A stretch of 37,609 bases of DNA from a virus (taxonomy: Duplodnaviria > Caudoviricetes): the IMG/VR virus record IMGVR_UViG_3300012665_000335, positions 1 to 37,609 of that record; one strand, given 5' to 3'. Position 1 is the first letter of the stretch. Each line of letters starts with the position of its first letter. The notes beneath the pieces are model-generated. The model was not told the DNA's origin and made no database searches. It saw nothing but the letters and a program-made list of their open reading frames with translations. The position numbers and the translations under genes were made by a program. Shown piece after piece: positions 30,301 through 35,882 of the stretch.

Positions 30301-33300
30301 CCTTTACCGCTAACACTCGTGTTGCTAGTATCATTGATGCTTACAGTTTCACAGTATCTGATGCTCCTTCTACAGCTCTAGTTGCTTCTAAGCTACGTGC
30401 TGGTGTTGATAACTCAACTACTACTATCTACGTACCTAGCGTAACTGGATATCAGGTTGGTCAGTTCTTGGCTATCGGTACTGCAGCGGTTGGTAACAGT
30501 ACTGGTGCCTTTGCTGCTAACACTAGAATTACTGCAGTTAATGCTGGCGCTAAACCTTCGCTAACAGTGAACACTGCTCCTTCTACAGCATTACTATCTG
30601 CAACTATTCAGGCTGGTTCTCAGTCTACTGCTTCAGTAGTCACTGTACCAACTACTGTTGGTTTAAATACTGGTATGACTGTTACAGTTTCTGGCGGCAC
30701 TGGTGCTTTTGCTGGCGGTACTACTATTCTTTCTATCGACAACGTTAATAACACCTTTACAGCTAGCGCTGCACCAACAACAGCTTTGGTTGGTGCTTCT
30801 ATTAGCGCTACGATTGCAAACGGTGTTGCTACTGGTATGTATGTTTACAGTAATCAACCTAACTTCCCAGAAAACACTTTCGTTACTGCGGTTGATACTG
30901 GTACAAATACTGTAACAATTAACGTACCACATGGCGGTGTTACTTCTGGTAACAGCGTAACCTTTAGTCCGTTTGCCCCTAACACTTATGTAACTGCTGT
31001 TAGTGCGCTAACTGGTACTGCACCAAATCAGTTCTATACAATAACTCTAAACCAAGCCCACTCTGGTATTTTAGGTGGTACTGCTATCGACTTCGTTGCG
31101 CTCCCACCAAGAACTATTCTTGGAACTATCCCTGCGTTCGTTGCATCATCATGGCCATTGAGACTAGAATTCCCGCAAGCGTTGTCTGTTGGTTTGACTG
31201 CAATCAACGCTAAGAATTTAAACTTTACTGGTGCGACTAAGAACCTTGCTTCTGAGACTCGTTACAAAACTAGCGGCACTCATGTGTTTATTCGTAACTC
31301 TGATGCTGACGGTGTTTACACCATTGAAGGTATTAGTGAACCAACTAAGTTTACAGTAAGAACTGGTTCTAATATTCCGTTCAATACTAAGACTTTCGAA
31401 AACACTGCGATCGATCTAACAAACAACTGGATCAACGTAACAAACCACAAGTTCCGTGATGGTACTACACTAATCTACCGTAAGGGTACTGGCTCTGCAG
31501 TTGGAACCTCCAGCTACGTTGATGTTAACGGTGATACGCAAACTGCTCTAGTTGATGGACAGACATATTACGCAGTAGTTGTTGACCCTAACTATGTTCG
31601 CATAGCTACAACATTCGATAATGCTACTGCTGCTGCCCCAGTAACTTTGGACTTGGTTAGCGGAATCAGTTCTTCACATTCTTTCGATACATTCTCTGTA
31701 GTTGGTTTGACTAAGGGTATCGGTAGCATTATTGCAACTGAAGAATCTGACATTATTATTGGTAATGGAACTAAGTTCTTGACCAACTTTAAGGGTGGTG
31801 ACATTCTACGATTCTTCACCGCATCGAATCCAGGTGCTATTCAGAACTACACCGTAGCTTCTGTTAAGTCTGACACTTCTATCAAGTTGCGCAGTGCAGT
31901 TCCTGCAGTTTCTGGTGTTGTTATTAATCCAATCACAACATATACCTCAACTGGTTCAGTTGTTGCTACACAAAATGGTATTAATGTACAAAACATTACG
32001 CTAAGTAGTGCAGCAAACGTTGCAGCTGGTTACTATATTACAGGCACGAATATCCCAGCTGGTACTAAGATCGGTACTCTAGTTGGAACAACTGCTACCT
32101 TGGTTAAAGTCAGCGATGGAACCCCTTCGTACCTTACAGCTGCTCAATCAGCTGCAGCAGTCACTATTCAACCAGTGTTCGAATACTTCATTAACACTAA
32201 CGTATACGTGAAGTCTTCCGCTACTACACAACACCGTCCGTTTGATGGTGGTGTTGGTATGACAACTGGTTTGACACCAGACTCTAGCATTATTCGTCAG
32301 ACTCGCAAGTACTTCCGTTACCAATCTGGTAAGGGTATCCAAGTCTCTATGGCGATTAACTTTAACCCACCAACAGACATGGAAGAATTGACTTCTAACC
32401 TGAACGTGGCTACTGTTAGAACTGACTTACCTCATGGATTTAAACCATCTACAGTTAACTCTGTTCGTGTATCCGACGCTGAAGTTCCATCTGGTCATAA
32501 TGGATACAATGGAAACTTTGTTGTGGACTCCGTACTAAACGACTATGAGTTTACATATGTATATGAAAACACTCCATTGATCGGTAAGGTTGTTAGTGGT
32601 CAAAATACAATCACTAATATTGTTAACTTCTCTGGAATAGAAGTTGGTAAGACTGTCCTAACTGGAACTTTCGGTGCGTCTTCTATCGCAGCGAATAATT
32701 TAATTACCAACGTTAACACTCTAAGTAGAACAGTTACTCTAACCTCTAGCGTAACAGGTGCATACTCTGCAGTTAACATCTCTACAATTAATCGTGCGTC
32801 TAACTTAACTACAGTAGTTACTGCAACTGACCATGGATTGACCACTGGAGATTATGTGACAACTGAAGGTGTCACAGATACTTCTTTCAATTCTTTATAT
32901 GCTCCAGTTACAGTTGTTGACAATGTGACATTCCAGTTCGCTCAGTCTGCTGCTGATGCTTCACATACTACTGGTACTGTTACCAAGTTAACTCGTTTCA
33001 CTGCATATCGTTCGAACGGTTCTTCAGTTGCTTATGGATTCCCTAAGTTTAACTTAACTGGTTGGACTGACGCATCAATTCGCTGCGGTTTGTTTGACTC
33101 ACAGAACGGTATGTTCTTTGAATATGACGGTAGCGAGTTATACTGTGTTCGTCGCAGCTCAGTTCAACAGATCTCTGGTAAGATTAACGCTACATATCGT
33201 TCTTCTCAAATTACTGGTGTTGATACTAAGTTTACTACGCAATTGAATGTTGGCGAATTCTTGGTTATTCGTGGTATGTCTTATAAAGTTATTGGCATCG

Positions 33301-34589
33301 AAAGCGATACTCAACTTTACATGCAACCAGAATATCGTGGTTCTACACTATCCAACATTATTGGTACTAAAACTATCGATACAAGAATTCCACAATCAGC
33401 GTGGAGTATTGATAAGTGTAACGGCTTCGGACGCAGCGGTTACATCCTTGATTTGAACCGTATTCAAATGGCTTACATTGATTACTCATGGTACGGTGCT
33501 GGTAAGATTCGTTTTGGTTTCAAAGATCAAAACGGTAAGGTTATCTACGTTCATGAGTATATCCATAACAACAAGTTTGTTGAAGCATACATGCGCTCTG
33601 GTAACATTCCAGCTCGCTATGAAGTTGTGACACAAGGTGAACCAACCTTCTCTCCACAGCTATTCCACTGGGGTACTTCTGTTATTATGGATGGTCGCTT
33701 CGATGATGACAAAGCATACTTGTTTACCGCTGACTCGAACACTATTACATTGACCAACGGTGGTTCTGTTAATGCAGTTTCTCGTGTGAACTCGGTTGGT
33801 GCTCCATATGGTCCAATCAGAAGAGGTGACAACTCTTTCCAAATCTTGACAACTGCTTCTGCATCTTTTGGATCTGGTTCTACTATTCAAGTTCAGTTTG
33901 ATACTAACGGTTTTTACTTGGCGTCAAATACTACGGTTAAATCTGTAAACATTATTCCAGGAACATTATTCAGTAATGTCACTTTAAATAATAGATTTAG
34001 AAATGATTTGAACGTCCCTACTGGTGGTGTTACGTTCGTGGTCGGTGGAGGCGCTTCTGCTTCTTCTATCGCTGCTTTGTCTCCAGTACCTCTGGTTTCT
34101 ATCCGCTTGGCACCTTCTGTTGACAACGGTCTCACTGGTGGTCTAGGTTTCCGTGACGTTATGAACCGTATGCAGTTAACATTGAACTCTTGCGGTGTAT
34201 TGTTGACGCATGAATCTGAAGTTAAGTTGTGGTTGAATGCTGACTTATCAGACTCCAACTTCTTGAACAATACTTCACCTTCCTTGTCACAGTTATACAA
34301 GCATGTCCCAGGAGAAACTATTAAGTCTGGTATTCAGTTGTTCTCGTTCCGTGCTTCTGGTGGTAGCATTATCAATACTACTACACAGCAACGTAGCTTG
34401 GTTCAGACAACTCAAACTCTTGGTGAGATTGCAAACTTGGGTAACTCTATCCTTGGTGGTGATGAGGTGTTCCCGAATGGTCCAGATATCTTGACTATTA
34501 CCGTGTCACCAATCGACTCCTCAACAATCACTGGTCAAGCACCGTTCCAAGCGTCTGCTCGTATCACTTGGTCTGAATCGCAAGCATAA
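24303..34589 (+). CDS. Giant (3428 aa) T/A/G/S-rich virion structural / fibre protein with many beta-barrel modules
   Basis: Uninterrupted ORF with GAGGA RBS. N-terminal RLLLITDVT.N.IVYNFAD domain and PVSKFRVSQPENLIDTDFEYGLQ.TKWE. C-terminal HRPFDGGV, IRQTRKYFRYQSGKG, GLFD.QNGMFFEYDG, YIDYSWYGAG.IRFG, YMRSGN.PARYE and ITWSESQA. About 12 H-[G/P/K]-hydrophobic modules. Confidence 0.85.
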   Translation: MAKKLIATGYRIDRATNSIYLEGNILLQRLLLITDVTINRIVYNFADEGSGVLSIQYDQTTGETRLICRQSFPELGINNADTLQVLIEEDSTQFRPDETFVDPVSKFRVSQPENLIDTDFEYGLQTTKWETLKLVNNIPSFYSKGGAVPITVTSVQSNIGSSTILVTAPSHGLTAGSPFEMTGLTNSQFEGGFIVTAVINTNQFTYLLSFNSTISQELATVYTACLPGAFYFGSQISVVDIETNGTNPSHLTVTTRFPHGFSLNTPFYFLNTVAVYRQDIPSVNFVIDDTVTSVKSTTSTTLGESTQDYRVTSVNPYKFLGKSTVYFDSSNINIKTNAPITSVRRTAAGAGFISTPVAVPVFGSANSNTVSFTAATGSNLNQITLTGTTTMQTGDRVEYHATTSAATTIRSNTTSLLAKDPLNYLSQGRFLGSPETTNAGDGTSGTQGGIGGTNAAQVSGYSPASMGGPVNILFGSAIGTPSCILRVVFAQYFGTIQIGQNIQVFNGATAVLPVGSTITGITDVDATYKDITIQFPFPLATAIAAVNGTAAFYSTWIDPTQNTIRIDNHGFVTGDRVLYTVLAGATPASGAPAQAGPGGLTTNTGYFVIRVSKDRIKLATSYQDAMRGIQINFTNIGSGTYNTGNAGRFLPALAFTSSSSSIFLRVVSNTTNAVVSLHPTSADSIAGTNPILFTSNAGSHQLAAGRALLTTSISNGSLSTVAVVDGGYSYDKNSAVAITAYQTQRSLALPTTNGGTLPSGSTNQLRFLPQDGEPAIYQNMLCSGTGFTAATVQSVTGPDVNGLITVQLTASNSAIVNHGDVYTFSDPSQTAASAVPDVRVSCINLPSHGYEIGDPIFFTNPPGNTYPTGITPSRTYFAYPIDENNFALSVAFPGTGTTAAFTQANSNARVAITAIGSVVSNRKFMMTRAYRITGSATANAIPVSVFLATFGLSTNDALIITSDAAATGTLTGVTASTAESAPYNNANHTIYYVRTVTAQSANISTVTVSTSTGGAIAPVSTKSATGEVFIAPVILIADSDSIYIPDHGFSEDDYVLYTSTLIPIAGISAAAGTNGYLISKLSNDRIKLKNRSTSALLDLQSFGTGQHIFTNTKYSSTANTINKTAHGFLANQSISYDSGGNPIIDGLKNSQAYYVKQVNNNAFRVSDTVAELAIASVTTSGFGAAPTAAEITASKTMTIVFTANHGLSVGDKVIIANNQLDTFVNGQWVVATVPASPLVNGAASSITIQIPEFINSAKKITQTAGAMGIAYRYKDIGFVTSNDTILTPVAAGSTFTTAKVLASSTVKLTADVDGGGIATNHLIETSPVLPLESKVTGLSGSNVRNVTITFKQATISTAVRSSNVTTVTTSSAHGYADQQTVTITGVVDATFNTDFTPVIATVTGPNTFTYPNVGTDGSSTGGTATLALTSAQAAAMAANGINSTTLANPAIAAATAGAAFTTATIATSATGLSKVDKTLVANAGLIGGTTLVVPDTTGLFVGMPATGVGLATTAKIKTIFPATTATADAATVSTTTLTIAGNVTGTFTIGMRITGGTIPANTFIASGTFPTFTLNQSAAPQTGVVSITGTGQLIDLTVPHTAATTASAYAFYNIQAGQEVSQATTNASTIAQATTASASTFPIASSATVGVGGVNTNLYVNGNRATTTFTENANAGTSTFKVATTNNTYTTNRVETTRFQLDSAYTSAVLFNSTANAFSNTRVFNADLDVNAAQDTITITNHPYASGDPVRYVAGGLEPTGLTSGSTYYVIVVDANTIQFASSFSDATAPTPVPINISGLGTGALHEIQSAVLQGNSFTGGGTLEVGMHVNITAGTGTLPQGCLVTEKRTMVGGSGNRQVAFVISTGIPAARIGAAPTAGSPAIGANAVVTGVTIRGGVGSSGSTIYTNSTTGLAVGMVPTIVAGATAGTLPSGTRITAIAGDGKSFTINTVPTAALVGAQIIAGAGSVGTTIYCSDTTGLVVGHVINVGTSQISGGLGAFTANTRVASIIDAYSFTVSDAPSTALVASKLRAGVDNSTTTIYVPSVTGYQVGQFLAIGTAAVGNSTGAFAANTRITAVNAGAKPSLTVNTAPSTALLSATIQAGSQSTASVVTVPTTVGLNTGMTVTVSGGTGAFAGGTTILSIDNVNNTFTASAAPTTALVGASISATIANGVATGMYVYSNQPNFPENTFVTAVDTGTNTVTINVPHGGVTSGNSVTFSPFAPNTYVTAVSALTGTAPNQFYTITLNQAHSGILGGTAIDFVALPPRTILGTIPAFVASSWPLRLEFPQALSVGLTAINAKNLNFTGATKNLASETRYKTSGTHVFIRNSDADGVYTIEGISEPTKFTVRTGSNIPFNTKTFENTAIDLTNNWINVTNHKFRDGTTLIYRKGTGSAVGTSSYVDVNGDTQTALVDGQTYYAVVVDPNYVRIATTFDNATAAAPVTLDLVSGISSSHSFDTFSVVGLTKGIGSIIATEESDIIIGNGTKFLTNFKGGDILRFFTASNPGAIQNYTVASVKSDTSIKLRSAVPAVSGVVINPITTYTSTGSVVATQNGINVQNITLSSAANVAAGYYITGTNIPAGTKIGTLVGTTATLVKVSDGTPSYLTAAQSAAAVTIQPVFEYFINTNVYVKSSATTQHRPFDGGVGMTTGLTPDSSIIRQTRKYFRYQSGKGIQVSMAINFNPPTDMEELTSNLNVATVRTDLPHGFKPSTVNSVRVSDAEVPSGHNGYNGNFVVDSVLNDYEFTYVYENTPLIGKVVSGQNTITNIVNFSGIEVGKTVLTGTFGASSIAANNLITNVNTLSRTVTLTSSVTGAYSAVNISTINRASNLTTVVTATDHGLTTGDYVTTEGVTDTSFNSLYAPVTVVDNVTFQFAQSAADASHTTGTVTKLTRFTAYRSNGSSVAYGFPKFNLTGWTDASIRCGLFDSQNGMFFEYDGSELYCVRRSSVQQISGKINATYRSSQITGVDTKFTTQLNVGEFLVIRGMSYKVIGIESDTQLYMQPEYRGSTLSNIIGTKTIDTRIPQSAWSIDKCNGFGRSGYILDLNRIQMAYIDYSWYGAGKIRFGFKDQNGKVIYVHEYIHNNKFVEAYMRSGNIPARYEVVTQGEPTFSPQLFHWGTSVIMDGRFDDDKAYLFTADSNTITLTNGGSVNAVSRVNSVGAPYGPIRRGDNSFQILTTASASFGSGSTIQVQFDTNGFYLASNTTVKSVNIIPGTLFSNVTLNNRFRNDLNVPTGGVTFVVGGGASASSIAALSPVPLVSIRLAPSVDNGLTGGLGFRDVMNRMQLTLNSCGVLLTHESEVKLWLNADLSDSNFLNNTSPSLSQLYKHVPGETIKSGIQLFSFRASGGSIINTTTQQRSLVQTTQTLGEIANLGNSILGGDEVFPNGPDILTITVSPIDSSTITGQAPFQASARITWSESQA
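29990..30825 (+). repeat. Four tandem ~66-71-aa repeats in the giant protein
   Basis: Repeated TI....TTGL.VG.......G.F..NTRI........FT....P.TAL..A.I.AG. DNA identity persists, e.g. TGCTCCTTCTACAGC at 30362-30376 and 30575-30589. Confidence 0.85.
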
Positions 34590-34598
34590 GGAAACGAA

Positions 34599-35225
34599 AT
34601 GGCATATCTCGGAAGAGACCCGCAGTATGGTCTGTTTGAAGTTCAGACCCTGAACCCAAACGGAACTGCTCAGCAATTTACTCTGGACTTCCCTGTCTCA
34701 ACAGCAGCCTCAGTGCTTGTTGTTAAGACTGGGGTAGTCCAGAAGCCAGGAACTGATTACGATATCACTGCTGGTGGTTCTGCAATTATATTTCCAGCGG
34801 CACCTACCAATGGAGTAAGTCTATATTTGGTATTTCTTGGAAAACAATTTTTAGTTCCAGATGTGGCTGATGGTTCCATCACCAGAGACAAACTTTCCCA
34901 GTCATTAAAAAGATCGGTAGTTCCTCAATGGTATTCTATTTCCTCTAGTACTACAGCAGTTGCTGGTGGTAATTACATGGTTAACTCTACCTCTGGTCCA
35001 GTAACCATAACGCTACCTTCCACACCTTCTCTTGGTGATACTATCAAAATCGTTGACGCCACAGGAAACTTAGCGACTAATAATTTGACATTGTCTCCAG
35101 GCTCTGAAAAGATTAAAGGTATTTCTGGAGACCAAACATTTAACACGAATGACCTAGCTGTCACTCTGGTTTATTATAATGGTACACGTGGTTGGGTATT
35201 TGCAGAGAACCACGGAATCTTATAA
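34599..35225 (+). CDS. Putative fibre connector with C-terminal gp9/gp10-like domain (208 aa)
   Basis: MAYLGRDP start and the same F.L....V...GVVQ.P..DY domain as 22848. GSITRDKLS linker. C-terminal A.AGGNY.VNSTSGPVTITLP..PSLGD.I.IVD......NNLT...L.Y.....GW. Confidence 0.7.
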   Translation: MAYLGRDPQYGLFEVQTLNPNGTAQQFTLDFPVSTAASVLVVKTGVVQKPGTDYDITAGGSAIIFPAAPTNGVSLYLVFLGKQFLVPDVADGSITRDKLSQSLKRSVVPQWYSISSSTTAVAGGNYMVNSTSGPVTITLPSTPSLGDTIKIVDATGNLATNNLTLSPGSEKIKGISGDQTFNTNDLAVTLVYYNGTRGWVFAENHGIL

Positions 35226-35228
35226 ATA
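35221..35228 (+). promoter_or_regulatory. T4-type late promoter, exact TATAAATA
   Basis: Perfect consensus overlapping the stop of the 208-aa gene, followed by a GGAG RBS and the TTG start at 35250. Confidence 0.8.
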
Positions 35229-35249
35229 AGTTACAAACGGAGATATTGA

Positions 35250-35606
35250 TTGGCTACTACCGCAAACTTATACGTTGACCAAGGGACAACTTTCAGTACT
35301 ATCGTTGATTTAGAAAATCAAGATGGTACACCCCTAAACTTAACAGGTTACACAGTGGCTGGTCAGATTAGAAAATCTTATCAGTCTTCTACTGCTATAA
35401 GTTTTACTGCTTCTGTTTATGGAAATCTTCAGGCTGGAGATGCTGTTAATGGACAGATTAGATTACAGTTAGCACCAGCAACTACAGTAGGTATGAGAGC
35501 TGGAAGATACATTTATGATGTTGAGATAACAAATACCCAGTCTGGAGAAAAGTTCAGAGTGCTAGAAGGTATCGTGATTCTTAACCCAGAAATAACAAAA
35601 ATATGA
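35250..35606 (+). CDS. Ig-like adaptor, BppU N-terminal-domain-like (118 aa)
   Basis: TTG start with GGAG RBS. NLYVDQGTTF, PLNLTGYT...QIRKSY.S, G.I.L.L....T.....GRYIYDVEI and RVLEGIV...PEIT. Confidence 0.75.
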   Translation: MATTANLYVDQGTTFSTIVDLENQDGTPLNLTGYTVAGQIRKSYQSSTAISFTASVYGNLQAGDAVNGQIRLQLAPATTVGMRAGRYIYDVEITNTQSGEKFRVLEGIVILNPEITKI

Positions 35607-35869
35607 GCACCATAAAAGCCAAAGTAACGCAACAGCAGATTCCAGCTACTCCAGTCGTAGTTAGTACTCTTGGCGCAGAACGAGTTGCAAAACAAGTTGG
35701 TATTCAAGGAATCGCTGGTAACGCAGAGTCACTAGCTCTGGAAGAAGCGAATAACGTAGATTCTTCCAACTTGGAAACTGGCTCAATTCTAATATACAAT
35801 TTGCCTGCAACCAAATGGATTGCATCAAGAAACTTAGTCGCCCAAGATATGGATGGCGGAAATTTTTAA
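35603..35869 (+). CDS. 88-aa putative fibre adaptor ending in DGGNF
   Basis: ATGA overlap with the upstream gene. L....NVD...L.TGSILIYN....KW fibre-type motif and terminal QDMDGGNF. Confidence 0.75.
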   Translation: MSTIKAKVTQQQIPATPVVVSTLGAERVAKQVGIQGIAGNAESLALEEANNVDSSNLETGSILIYNLPATKWIASRNLVAQDMDGGNF

Positions 35870-35882
35870 TCGGAGATAATAG

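Noticed and set aside
14217-34589. Inteins, introns or homing endonucleases explaining the very large ORFs
   Set aside because: I recognised no Hint-domain splice junctions or LAGLIDADG/HNH/GIY-YIG motifs. The extra length consists of beta-rich structural modules.
646-35869. No gene ends in TAG (18 TAA, 2 TGA): possible amber recoding
   Set aside because: All genes are intact under the standard code with no in-frame TAG, so there is no evidence of reassignment. TAA preference is normal for T4-likes.
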